This document shows positions 1 through 12,889 of a stretch of DNA of 64,000 bases, in pieces. The position numbers were made by a program, and so were the translations under genes. The stretch's first letter is position 1. The number at the start of each line of letters is the position of its first letter. Source of the stretch: Octopus sinensis (Eukaryota); NCBI RefSeq assembly GCF_006345805.1, contig NC_043002.1, forward strand, positions 73,346,001 to 73,410,000, in the 5' to 3' direction. The notes under the pieces are model-generated. The model was not told the origin of the DNA. It made no database searches and saw nothing but the letters and a program-made list of their open reading frames with translations.

Positions 1-180
1 TCATCTGCACGATAGAAGAAGAAACGATAAAGAACCACAAAACTTTCGATAATATATCTTTTCTACTCTAGACCCAGTACGCAACTAGTACTTAATTTAT
101 CGATCCCGAGAGGATGAAAGGTAGACATTGTTAAAACAAATTGGGACTCCTCGTCCTTATCGTATACATAATATTGCATA

Positions 181-250
181 TGGCGTAGTGGTTAAGAGCG
201 TGGGCTACTAACCCCAATATTCCGAGTTCGATTCCAGGCAGTGACCTGAA
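181..250 (+). mobile_element. tRNA-derived SINE head
   Basis: A box TGGCGTAGTGG and B box GAGTTCGATTCC, running directly into (AAT)n. Confidence 0.6.
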
Positions 251-261
251 TAATGATGATG

Positions 262-310
<49 letters not shown>

Positions 311-312
<2 letters not shown>

Positions 313-620
313 GGAGCACTAGGAATGATCAAGAAGGGAACCGAAAATTATATGAGAATGATCCCTGGCTTACCATCCCTGCAAGAAGTGCAAAAGATTG
401 TCTTAACTGGTACATCACACGTATTGAGAAGAGCATTGTCGATGTGAGAACTGTTGCTGCTCATGTATTTTAATTTAACTTAAAAAAAAAAAAAAATGAA
501 CGAACTATTGAGTTTGGTTTAATGGCCTACCAATGTATACTATGAGTTTCTTTGCCCTAGGAGTCGGGAAGACACTCGGCAAGAAATGGAAGCAAATTTG
601 AAAGAAGAAAAAAAAAAGTA
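311..620 (+). mobile_element. R4/Dong-like LINE 3' end inside (TAA)n
   Basis: GALGMIKKGTENY...LQEVQKIVLTGTSHVLRRAL* is the C-terminus of the restriction-like endonuclease. Same family as 54720-55550 (-). Confidence 0.7.
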
Positions 621-642
621 ATAATAATAATAATAATAATAA

Positions 643-1193
643 CCCTGATGCAGTACCAGACATTGGCTCTCATGGCTTCTGATCTTAACTGATTGGAAGT
701 GTTATCATGTACATTGTTTTGCCTTGGTATAAAAGATGGGCTACAGCAAATATTCTGCTCAATACCACAGATTTCCTTGTCAGTTGTTTGACCTTAACCA
801 GTTGACCATGTCCCTTAGTGGCTGACGATATGTGCATCTCTGATCACGAGCAGAAGTAGTGGGGGAGCTTCATAACCGAGTGTGGAGAAGAATTCTTAGA
901 AGTTTGGATAATTCACCTTTGGAAACATGGGTGGTGTGTTCAACATCCTTAAACGATCCTTATTCAGAGACCTTTTGAGCGGGATGGGCTACTCGACTAG
1001 AAGAAAATTTTAACTGGGGCCCCACTTGCAAGGTCATGCGCTGTTTATCTTGACATGAGATCACCATGTCGCGCACATATGGTTGTGATGCTTGTGCCTG
1101 GTGTACCCTTATCAGACGGGTAGTCATGATGGGTATACTGGGCTTCATATAATTTACCCCAGTATCACTTTGATGGCATGCACTGCTCTCTCA

Positions 1194-1257
<64 letters not shown>

Positions 1258-1809
1258 GCCCTGATGCAGTACCAAGCAGTGGCTCTCATGGCTTCTGATC
1301 TTAACTGATTGGAAGTGTTATCATGTACATTGTTTTGTCTTGGTATAAAAGATGGGCTACAGCAAATATTCTGCTCAATACCACAGATTTGCTTGTCAGT
1401 TGTTTGACCTTAACCAGTTGACCATGTCCCTTAGTGGCTGACGATATGTGCATCTCTGATCACGAGCAGAAGTAGTGGGGGAGCTTCATAACCGAGTGTG
1501 GAGAAGAATTCTTAGAAGTTTGGATAATTCACCTTTGGAAACATGGGTGGTGTGTTCAACATCCTTAAACGATCCTTATTCAGAGACCTTTTGAGCGGGA
1601 TGGGCTACTCGACTAGAAGAAAATTTTAACTGGGGCCCCACTTGCAAGGTCATGCGCTGTTTATCTTGACATGAGATCACCATGTCGCGCACATATGGTT
1701 GTGATGCTTGTGCCTGGTGTACCCTTATCAGACGGGTAGTCATGATGGGTATACTGGGCTTCATATAATTTACCCCAGTATCACTTTGATGGCATGCACT
1801 GCTCTCTCA

Positions 1810-1867
<58 letters not shown>

Positions 1868-2438
1868 TAATAATAATAATAAATGCCCTGATGCAGTACC
1901 AAGCAGTGGCTCTCATGGCTTCTGATCTTAACTGATTGGAAGTGTTATCATGTACATTGTTTTGTCTTGGTATAAAAGATGGGCTACAGCAAATATTCTG
2001 CTCAATACCACAGATTTGCTTGTCAGTTGTTTGACCTTAACCAGTTGACCATGTCCCTTAGTGGCTGACGATATGTGCATCTCTGATCACGAGCAGAAGT
2101 AGTGGGGGAGCATCATAGCCATGTGTTGAGAGGGATTCTTTGGAGTTTGAATAATTCACCTTTGGAAACATGGGTGGTTTGTTCAACATCCTTAAACGAT
2201 CCTTATTCAGAGACCTTTTGAGCGGGATGGGCTACTCGACTAGAAGAAAATTCTAATTGGGCCCTACCTGCAAGGTCATGTGCTGTTTATTTTGATATGA
2301 GATCACCATGTCGCGCACATATGGTTGTGATGTATGTGCCTAGTGTACCCTTATCAGGCGGGTAGTCATGATGGGTATACTGGGCTTCGTATATTTTACC
2401 CCAGTGTCACTTTGATGGATTGCACTGCTCTCTCACTG
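643..2438. repeat. Three tandem ~555-bp units separated by (AAT)n
   Basis: Units ~643-1197, ~1257-1813 and ~1883-2438 are near-identical; the ORF track repeats the same peptides. Confidence 0.95.
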
Positions 2439-2454
2439 AATAATAATAATAATG

Positions 2455-2593
<139 letters not shown>

Positions 2594-2750
2594 CAACAAC
2601 ATCGAAAACTACCTTAGGAATGAGAATCCAGTTTCGAAATTTCCCCAAGACACCCGATGAAGGCTGTGTTAACAACAAACAAGATGAGGGCTAATATCTG
2701 TCAAATGTAAATAATGTAAATAATGTTATTGGATAGTATATCTTCGCCAG

Positions 2751-2930
2751 TGGCAGTGCATGCCTTAGTGATTGGGGCGTTGGATTTATGATTGTAAAAA
2801 TTGTGGTTTCGATTCCTAGACCGAGCGATGCGTTGCGTTCTTGACCAAAACACTTCACTTCACGCTGTTCCAGTCCATTAAGTTGGTAAAAATGAGCAAC
2901 CCTGCGACGGACCGGCTCCCTGTCTAGGGA
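2751..2930 (+). mobile_element. tRNA-derived SINE, family C (also 5748-6035+, 21290-21470-, 43060-43180+, 59540-59720-, 63950-64000+)
   Basis: B box ggtttcgattcc and shared motif cctgcgacggaccggc(g)tcc. Confidence 0.6.
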
Positions 2931-2936
2931 GGTATA

Positions 2937-2971
<35 letters not shown>

Positions 2972-2996
2972 TGTATGTATGTATGTATGTATATAT

Positions 2997-3320
2997 AGGC
3001 GCAGGAGTGGATGTGTGGTAAGTAGCTTGCTTACCAACCACATGGTTCCGGGTTCAGTCCCACTGTGTGGCACCTTGGGCATGTGTCTTCTACTATAGCC
3101 TCGGGCCGACCAAATACCTGTGAGTGAATTTGGTAGACGGAAACTGAAAGAAGCCCGTCGTATATATGTATATGTATATATATATATCAGCCGAAATTAC
3201 TACGATGATCCGGTTCTTGACTGAAGACTGAGGGCTTCGAATGTCCTGTCTGTGTTTGTTGTATCGTCTTCTAAGTTCTTATGCGTTCTTGTCTCAGTTT
3301 GTATTTTTCTACATATCATA

Positions 3321-3369
<49 letters not shown>

Positions 3370-3566
3370 TCCCCCCAACATCGCTTGACAACCGATGCTG
3401 GTGTGTTTATGTCCCCGTAACCTAGCGGGTCGGCAAAAGGGACCAATAGAATAAGTACTAGGCTTCCAAAGAATAAGTCCTGGGGTCGATTTGTTCGACT
3501 AAAGGCAGTGCTCCCGCATGGCTGCAGTCAAATGACTGAAACAAGTAAAAGAGTAAAGAGTAAAGA

Positions 3567-3568
<2 letters not shown>
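2997..3568 (+). mobile_element. SINE family A with internal (TA)n(TG)n
   Basis: aggcgcaggagtgg...gggttcagtccc head and gagtaaaa tail. Other copies at ~4122-4503-, 4801-5250-, 9160-9611-, 15280-15700-, 18521-18933+, 19124-19680-, 28727-29134-, 29360-29760+, 36895-37360-, 40264-40585+, 42135-42320+, 42598-42948-, 47920-48090-, 48995-49360-, 59810-60221+ and 61065-61462-. Confidence 0.9.
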
Positions 3569-3621
<53 letters not shown>

Positions 3622-4328
3622 GCCAGAGAAACGGGGAACCAGCCCTGTGCTCTTTACGGAGTACTATGGACTAACCTTATTTGAGCTAGGTGTGTAATTT
3701 AGCTGTTTTGCAAAGTAAGAAAAGTATGGTCAGTACGCAACACTTTGGTTACGTCTGGGTCAATCTTAAGCCATGACTTCCGACATCGTTTCTGTTGGAG
3801 GTTACACAAAGCGACAGTTCAGATTCTGCTATTTCATTTTTGTCTGTTATTATAATTAGACCAAATTACCATAACCTCCTCACATTTTCGATAAGGGACA
3901 TTGACTACATTTTCTGTGCTCTTACTTCCAACCATTTATCTTCCTCCCTCTGTACATATTCGCTCGGCTTATGGTGTTCGTAGAAGGAAGTTTACTCGGC
4001 TCAGCGCATCTAGCGTGTATTTTGAAGCTTTCCATACTTACATTATCCACAGCAATTACTCATGGTCACGGTGTCTGACACACTTGGTTTCTGCACTTCC
4101 TTCAAAACACCTACCAAACAACTCTTTTACTCTTTTACTTGTTTCGGTCACTTGACTGCGGCTATGCTGGAGCACCGCCTTTAGTCGAGCAAATCGACCC
4201 CGGGACTTATTCTTTGTAAGCCCAGTATTTATTCTATCGGTCTCTTTTGTCGAACTGCTAAGTTACGGGGACATGAACACACCAGCATCGGCTGTCAAGC
4301 AATGCTAGGGGGACAAACACACACACAA

Positions 4329-4391
<63 letters not shown>

Positions 4392-5010
4392 TATACGACG
4401 GGCTTCTTTCAGTTTCCGTCTACCAAATCCACTCACAGGGCTGAACCCGGAGCCATGTGGTTGGTAAGCAAGCTACTTACCACATAGCCACTCCTGCGCC
4501 TATACACCAATCACCAGAAATCTTCTTGTTATACAATTGATTGAGAAAATACGGTTCCTTTTCAGCACCTAACAATGAAAATTGGCAACTGCACCATATT
4601 AAATAAACTCACTTGAATGTGTTTGGAGTTGTCAACGCAGCTTGATACCGCTCTATATTCAGAATCACTTGAATATGTACTCGCATTCACGTATACAACC
4701 GTTCAGATTCTCTCTTCTAAGATGCTTATTTTTGGCCTTGCATTACATTCATCTTTGTGTGGATAATCAAAACCACATTTGTGTTCTCATATTCGCGGTT
4801 TACTCTTTTACTCTTTTACTTGTTTCAGTCATTTGACTACGGCCATGCTGGAGCACCGCCTTTAGTCGAGCAAATCGACCCCAGGACTTATTCTTTGTTA
4901 GCCTAGTACTTATTCTATCGGTCTCTTTTGCTGAACCGCTAAGTTACAGGGACGTAAATACACCAGCATCGGTTGTCAAGCGATGTTGGGGGTGGGCAAA
5001 CACACACACA

Positions 5011-5076
<66 letters not shown>

Positions 5077-5747
5077 CATATATACGACGGGCTTCTTTCA
5101 GTTTCCATCTACCAAATCCACTCACAAGGCTTTGGTTGTCCCGAGGCTATAGTAGAAGACACTTGCCCACGGTGACTCGCAGTGGGACTGAACCCGGAAC
5201 CATGTGGTTGATAAGCAAGCTACTTACCACACAGCCACTCCTACGCCTGTTTATCAGTCATTTTTCCACATGTCAACATCATTAGCACAACCTGCTACAC
5301 TTACATCTTAATTTCGTTCGTTGTCAAGTAACCAACTCTTTGATGGGTGTCTGAATAATATAGCGTGCCTATACTTCAATTTGAACCCGAACTGTTTGTT
5401 TTCCAGTAGCGAAAATTTTCATAAATGCAAATAGGAATTTTCAGGTCTCTGAAATTATATATAAACATGTCACGTATTTTCGAGTGATGACACCACCACT
5501 GATCTGTCTAGTCAGATTTTGTTCAGGAGTTCAATAAAAGAAAGTAGGTTTGGAGAATAGAAAAGACAAGAGCTTGACAGGCAGACTCGAGCAGCTTAGC
5601 GTAACAACCGACAAATTTTCGCATTTGACAGTATCTCGACAGTTACGACTGTCAAAATTCTGTGTTGTAAAAAGAACTGTCTGCACTAATTCTACCATAT
5701 TCATCACTTTCACATGCATATTCTTACTCCTCTCTTAACAACCAGTG

Positions 5748-6035
5748 TAGGCACATGGCCTAGTGGTTAGAGCAGCGCACTCGCGGCCGAGGGATCGCGG
5801 GTTCGAATCTCAGACCGGGCGATGTCTGTATTTATGAGTGAAGCACCTAAGCTCCACACGGCTCCGGCAGAAAGTAATGACGAACTTCTGCTGACTCTTT
5901 CGCCACAACTTTCTCTCACTCTTGCATCTTGCAGCTCACCTGCGACGGACCGGCGTCCCGTCCAGGTGGGGAACCTATACGCCAAGGAAACCGGGAAACC
6001 GGCCCTAATGAACCAGGCGTGGCTCGAGAAGGAGC
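5748..6035 (+). mobile_element. tRNA(Arg)-like-headed SINE, family C
   Basis: TGGCCTAGTGG...actcgcg...GGGTTCGAATC head followed by a SINE body; not a complete cloverleaf. Confidence 0.7.
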
Positions 6036-7289
6036 AAACTTTTAGCAACCATACTTCTTCCATGAACAAAACTTTCCAACGTTATTTTCTTTTCTTTTCC
6101 TAGAACCTTAGTGTTCCATGTACACTTTTAACAGAAAAAAAACAACAAAAAAAACACGATGGACAACGGAAAACTTCTCTTCTCATTAATCCAATATCCT
6201 ATTTTCTTCACTGTATAAAAAGGTGTGAGGAAAATTTTCATTATTTGCTACACATCTAAAGCACCGCCAACATTCTTTCCACATAGTGCTACAGATTTTT
6301 CAACAATATATTGTTAAAAGATGTGGTCTTGGGGAATTTCTATTTGTCATTTTCTTTAGACCATTTTCCTACACATCATGCGGCTTGCTTGTCAAATTCG
6401 TTACTACTTTTCTATACAGATAAACCATATTTTTGAACTTATTCTTTTGATGAGGCGTCTTTCCCAAAGATTGTTTTTTAGCATCAAAGATACGATCAAC
6501 TGGTTATGATTTATGGCAAACATTCTACTAAGCTTTTTGCTGTATATATAAAGGGTCATTGCACCCATAATAAACAAACGCAGTGGTTCTTTTTCTTTTA
6601 TAAAAAATGTATGAATAAAGTAAAAAAATAAAATAAAGAAGTGAAATAGCATTTGTGTGTGTGTGTTTATTATTGACATAGTAACCCTTCCGAGGTACAA
6701 CAAAATATGTTTCAACACACGAGTTCACATTAAGAATTCCGCAAGTCAAATACAAAAATGACTGTTAAACATAATATATAAAGTCATATTTTAATTTTTC
6801 AGCTTTAATCATAAATTTTTGATTAAGCTGGTGTAGTTTGGAGCATTGTGCTTTCAAACTCTCTTTGTTCTTTTAATTTCTGTTTTATATTTTCCTGCTG
6901 AGGTTTGTTTTATTTTATATATTTATTTATTTTTGTCCCATCAGCCGGTGTTTACGAAATTTCAACTATCGATATAATCTACACTTTTTTCTTTTCTTTT
7001 CTTTTTTTTTGTTGTAGCATTTAACGTTTTCACGTGATAATTTCTCAGGCCGAGTACCCCAGTCTACGGCGTTCGTAACAACATGTTCAAATTAATATTT
7101 GGATTTCCCTGATTTATATTCCGTGGCTTCGAAAATCAGAAAGGCTTCTCTGCAATAATAAAATTTTATTTTTCAAGCTATGGTTTTGCTCAAGCTTTTG
7201 TTGTTTCCTTGTATCTTGATTGCTATGTTTCAGCTCCTTATGATGGATTAGCATAAATCTCCTGACACCAGGAGATTTAGTCTTATGTT

Positions 7290-7353
<64 letters not shown>

Positions 7354-7630
7354 CTAGATAGATAGATAGATAGATAGATAAGTAGATAGATAGATAGGTT
7401 TCTTTAAAACTGGGTCAGCTTTACTACGAAATGTGAATAAATAACCAGATGAAGAATGGGTTCATATAATCAAATAAAATCCCCAGAAAAGAGTGACCCA
7501 GCACAGGTCAGTAATAAAAAGCAGTAAGTATAAAAAATTTTTAATAAGCAATTATTTTTTCTTTGTGTTTTTGCTTCTAACTTACAAATATATATTTCGA
7601 TTTTGGATTTGGTTTGCAAGATTCTTTATT

Positions 7631-7797
7631 TGAGTTCGTGTGTTGAAGCATATTCTGTTGTGTCTGGGAAGAGTCATTTTCTTTTTGTACCTTATAATTT
7701 AACACACTTTTTGTGCCTTATAATTTAATATACTCAGTTAGTGTGTTAAATTATAAGGCACAAAAAAAATGACTCTCCCCTGACACAACAGAATACA
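7631..7797. repeat. Inverted repeat of a dispersed Penelope-associated repeat family (related copies ~6650-6755, 22780-22960, 56040-56210, 63390-63770)
   Basis: tattctgttgtgtc...ccttataatttaacacact versus agtgtgttaaattataagg...gacacaacagaata. Confidence 0.7.
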
Positions 7798-8395
7798 AAT
7801 ACATATTTCAAACTGAAAAGATTTTAGATATATTTTTATTGAAGTATTACAATTGATAAAGAAGTATGACAACTGGAAAAAAGTTTTTCAAGTTACTTCC
7901 CCTTATAAGTAAATGCTTATAGCAGTTACCTCCCTTACACCTAAAATTACACCTTTCTTTAAATTAGAAAGGCGGCGAGCTGGCAGAAACGTTAGCATGC
8001 CGGGCGAAACGCGTAGCCGTATTTCGTCTGCCGTCACGTTCTGAGTTCAAATTTCGCCGAGATCGACTTTGCCTTTCATCCTTTCGGGGTCGATATAAAT
8101 TCTATTTAACTCATTCAAATTAATACACTTCTAAAGCAGAATCTGTATATTTATTAATCCATGCAAATAGTATAATGATTATTAAGAAAATTAAACGAAA
8201 AGGTTAAGGCTAAAGTACAAAATAATACACTTGTAAAACACAGGATGATCCACTTGGAAAAATAAAGATTAGAAGAATTTTTAAAATTCCATATGCAAAT
8301 TGACCAACTACGAAGCAGGGTTTGTTTATTCAAAACAACATATAGTGTATTGCATGATATTGCACAGTATCGCTGAAAGCCAGATAGACGCTCCG

Positions 8396-8443
<48 letters not shown>

Positions 8444-8511
8444 CATGCATGTATCTATCTGTCTTTCTCTCTCTCTGTATATGCGCGTGTGTGTATATAT
8501 ATATATTAATA

Positions 8512-8747
8512 CATATTTCCTTTACTACCCACAAGGGGCTAAACACAGAGGGGACAAACAAGGACAGACACACAGAGTAAGTCGATTATATCGACCCCAG
8601 TGCGTAACTGGTACTTAATTCATCGACCCTGGAAAGGATGAAAGGCACAGTCGACCTCGGCGGAATTTGAACTCAGAACATAACGGCAGACGAAATACGG
8701 CTACGCATTTCGCCCGGCGTGCTAATGTTTCTGCCAGCTCGCCGCCC

Positions 8748-8748
<1 letters not shown>
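8512..8748 (-). mobile_element. SINE family B (aaggcggcgagctggcagaa head; gcctttcatcctttcggggtcgata core)
   Basis: Copies at ~7969-8098+, 10165-10500, 12570-12710-, 16080-16440, 20446-20645+, 22030-22440-, 23625-24041-, 25965-26177+, 38085-38330+, 40859-41060+ and 58887-59490+. Often present as dimers. The core resembles the MetaSINE-type conserved domain as I recall it. Confidence 0.85.
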
Positions 8749-8812
<64 letters not shown>

Positions 8813-8825
8813 TATATTATATATA

Positions 8826-8868
<43 letters not shown>

Positions 8869-9365
8869 ATATGTATTTATATATATATATATATATACAC
8901 ACACACGCCCCCACACACACATGCACGTTCGCGCGCGCACACACACACTAGCGTAGCTAGAGTGTGTGCCGCCCCTTTAAAAGCGCTCACACATATACAA
9001 TAGAAAATAAGCTACCAAGATCATGTTTTACCGAAAAGGCAGAACTTGAATATGTACATAAGTTTGAAGGATTTAAATCGTTTTTAATAAATTGGAAACG
9101 ATTTAAAGTCTTTAAACTTACGTACATATTCAAGTTATGCCGTTTCAGTAAAATATGATACTCTCTTTACTTGTTTCAGTCGTTTGACTGTGGCCATGCA
9201 GGAGCACCGCCTTTAGTCGAGACAAATCGACTCCTGGACTTATTCTTTGTAAGCCTGGTACTTATTCTATCGGTCTCTTTTGCCGAACAGCTAAGTTACC
9301 ACCATCGGTTGTCAAGCGATGTTCGTGGTGGGGGGGATGACAAACACAGACTTAAACACAAAAAT

Positions 9366-9444
<79 letters not shown>

Positions 9445-9660
9445 TACGACGGGCTTCTTTCAGTTTCCGTTTACCAAATCCCCTCACAAGGCTATGGTCG
9501 GCCCGAGGCTATAGTAGAAGACACTTGCCCAAGGTGCCGCGCAGTGGGACTGAACCCGGAACTATGTGGTTCATAAGCAAACTGCTTACCACACAGCCAC
9601 TCCTACGCCTACCTGTTAGTATCTTATTTTCTAATGTATATGCGTGTGTGCCTCAGCATA

Positions 9661-9769
<109 letters not shown>

Positions 9770-11345
9770 GTGTGTATTCAAAGAGAATTAATATAACAAA
9801 TGATATTTATGTTGTGGATAGTTTCTATTCAAGATTTTTTTTTTGTAAGTACTTTACGTATATGTGTAGGCATGAGAACAAAATGTCATGGTCACTCGTT
9901 GCTACCTTTATTTTTGTATTCTTTCTAGAGGTAATCTTTTGCATAGACTATTGTTCATGATGGTCTTGTTTTCAGATACATCAGCTGCATCTAAAGAGAC
10001 TTGTCAGACCGTCTTATGATCCCATCGGATAAAATGGTAAAGGCGTTGCTTCAGCGAATGGTCAGGGAATTCGCCCTGGAACGGCCACTCCGACTCATGA
10101 GACTTGCATTTGCGGATAGCCATCTTTGCCCTGATAGCAGGGAGTTGGGGACCAAGAATACTGGAGGCGGCGAGCTGGCAGAAACGTTAGCACGTTGGGC
10201 GAAATGCTTAGCTGTTTCCGTCTGCCGTTATGTTCTGAGTTCAAATTCGTAGCGGCAAGCGAAATACCTATTTCTTTACTGCCCACAAGGGGCTAAACGC
10301 AGAGAGGACAAACAAGGCAGACAAACGGATTAAATTGATTATATCGACCCCAGTGCGTAACTGGTACTTAATTTATCGATCCCGAAAGGATGAAAGGCAA
10401 AGTGGACCTCGGCGGAATTTGAACTCAGAACGTAACGGCAGACGAAATACGGATACGCATTTCGCCCGGCGTGCTAACGATTCTGCCAGCTCGCCGCCTT
10501 AATCTACATTGACATAATATCTATACATTGACAGCATATCTTTATTCCAGTCACACACTACACAAAGCCACTGACATAGTGTGAAAGATCAACACTTTAG
10601 TTAGCAAACAGAGATGCATCTTAAACACTGAGCCGAAGCAGCCCATTTGTCCACATACACACACATACATACACAACTAAACGCACTCTTATTTAGACTA
10701 CACATACACGCAACACATATTCGTAAATGTGTGAGGATTTTATGATTTGTTTATTGTTTTATGCTAATGTTTTCATTCGTGCTTCTTTTGTTTTGTTTTT
10801 GCTGGAAATTTTCTTCCAAACACATCTTATTTTTTTCATGATGCACATTCTTGACATTTACCCCCAGTGTATGTAGCAGTTGTTGCAACACAATAGATGT
10901 TTTATCTATTAATTTTAACCAACACTATATCCAACTGATACGTGATTTTCATAGTTTATACAATTGGCTAGTGAATCAATTACCGTTAAGAACATATGTT
11001 CCTTCACATTTTTAACTCTCATTATTCAAATATAATATCTCTCAAAAGAACGTGTGTTCACTAGATGTTTGCTTACGAGTACTCTCACGCAAAAAATATC
11101 GATTGGTTTATTTACAAAAGTATGATATAAATCCAAGTGAGTAAACATTTTCCCTGGTTTTCAATAAGAAGTTATTTCATTTAATGGCTAGCAATAATAA
11201 TAAATTACGGAGATATACTTGCATAGCAAGTGATTTGATCTGAGATCGTGTGCTGAAACGAAAACAATTGCAGCGTGGAAGGTGTTTTTAAGCCATTTAA
11301 GAAACACACAAAAGCCGTTCGATTCACTTCAACATTTAAGTTTAA

Positions 11346-11396
11346 TTTGTCAAAATATTTTCGTCGCTTTAAGACCGCGACCTGTTCACTGACAAA
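11346..11396 (-). ncRNA. Second copy of the G3-C8 hammerhead-like motif (inverted arm)
   Basis: Minus strand: TTTGTCA GTGAACA G GTCGC ggtcttaaa GCGAC GAAAATATTT TGACAAA, with a perfect 7-bp stem I. Confidence 0.6.
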
Positions 11397-11418
11397 AATC
11401 CGTGCTGCATCACGGATT

Positions 11419-11469
11419 TTTGTCAGTGAACAGGTCGCGGTCTTAATGCGACGAAAATATTTTGATAAA
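11419..11469 (+). ncRNA. Type-I minimal hammerhead-like ribozyme with G3-C8 swapped core
   Basis: Stem I TTTGTCA/TGATAAA; core GTGAACA; extra G; stem II GTCGC/GCGAC; GAA; palindromic stem III AATATT. Confidence 0.6.
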
Positions 11470-11987
11470 TTAAACTTAAATGTTGAAGTGAATCGAACGG
11501 CTTTTGTGTGTTTCTTAAATAATAATAAATCATTTAATAAACATTATTACACAAAGCAGCTGTGGTGTAACAAAATAAGAACACAAATTAATATTCAACT
11601 ATTATATTTCCACTGTTTACAATTGTATGGTTTAAAATCCAGCTTCTGAATTTTCATTAACCAGCAGGAAATCGATAAATGAAGGAGTTCTAATGAAGGA
11701 TGTCTAACGTAAAAGTCTGGTTATTGAATGAAGTTTGAATCCTAAAACAAACGGCCACTACATAACGAATATGCAATATACTCAAGAACAGTTAAAAAGG
11801 GATTACATTGCATTCGTGTGGAACCAGAATATATGGCATTCGGTCGTACGAAACCATAAACAGAAGGAAAAGCAAGGATGTTTATGACATTTATAATGAA
11901 TATACAAACGTAGGACGTCCCCAGACAAACTTCTCATTGAGAATTGTGTTCAAAAATACGGAACCCGTTCACAATGTTGTCGGCAGG

Positions 11988-12035
11988 TCGTTAGACACTG
12001 GTGTTTCGACCTGACTCGTTATCTTCAGTGACAAA
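11988..12035 (-). ncRNA. Degenerate type-I hammerhead ribozyme
   Basis: TTTGTCA CTGAAGA T AAC gagtcag GTC GAA ACAC ca GTGT C TAACGA. GUC triplet; mismatches in stems I and II. Confidence 0.55.
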
Positions 12036-12889
12036 ACCCCCGAACATTCTGTGCAAAGACAAAAATATTCATTCCGATATAGAAATTGGTAAATAAATCA
12101 ATATAAACACTTGAAACAATAGGACAAACTGTTGGTAGAGAGATATACAAATATAATCTAAGTTTAAATACCGAATATATTTCGATCTCGTTGTTTTGGG
12201 TTAACGCCATCGGCGGAGTGTTAGCTATGATTATTCGTTTTCGTGGAACTTAGGCCTGAAACCCCTTAAAGGATGATACATAGTATTCTAAGGCTGATAC
12301 AGGCATGAAATGAACAAATTTCGCGACTACATTGGTAGTTCCTCACTGGCTCATTTTAGTTTAATATATTGAAAGTTTGTTAGGTTTATACTGCATAAGC
12401 AAAAAAATTATAAAGTAAGGATTTTATAAGCTTTTTTAGTGTATATGGACAGCCAATCACACAAAATGTAAACAATCTATTGGTCCCATATTGCCCTATA
12501 TTGTCTGAAGAATGCGTGAGTTACTCAAATAAATAACGAATTAACATTTTATCTACATTGACATAATATCCTTTTCTTTTCAAGGCATAAGGCTCGAAAT
12601 TTTTGGAGCCAATCGATTAGATCGACCTCAGTATACAACTGGTACTTAATTTATTGACATCGAAAGGATGAAAAGCAAAGTCGACCTCGACGGAATTTGA
12701 ACTCCGTAAAGAAGCTTATAAAATCCTTGCTTCATAAATTTTCTGGCTGTGCAGTTTAAAGAGGGGGACTAAGCTATCAACTGATCGCCACCTAGTTGTC
12801 AGCAACCTTAGACTATCTACAGCAGGGAAAACTCACAAAACTGTAAAGTTCAGTGCATATTACAGGATAAAGTGGAAAACCCCAACAGA

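Larger units (their letters stand above)
11295..11520. repeat. 110-bp-arm inverted repeat (Penelope-like inverted terminal structure)
   Basis: 11295-11404 is the reverse complement of 11411-11520 with two mismatches and a 6-nt spacer. Confidence 0.9.

Noticed and set aside
818-880. CTGACGA in the tandem unit as a hammerhead core
   Set aside because: Followed by GAAG rather than GAAA, with no convincing stems.
643-2438. CRISPR-like array
   Set aside because: Eukaryotic context; the units are 555 bp and the spacers are simple (AAT)n.
5755-5830. Possible tRNA-Arg gene
   Set aside because: It has A and B boxes but no acceptor stem, and continues into a SINE body.
7180-7251. Signal-peptide-like ORF MVLLKLLLFPCILIAMF as first exon of the gene
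   Set aside because: Ends in a stop with no suitable phase-1 donor; hydrophobicity is expected from T-rich DNA.
9883-9930. MSWSLVATFIFVFFLE|gtaatc as a signal-peptide exon
   Set aside because: The donor is phase 0 while the next supported exon needs phase 1; unsupported without RNA data.
11275-11649. 124-aa ORF
   Set aside because: It spans the palindrome and has no protein-like features.
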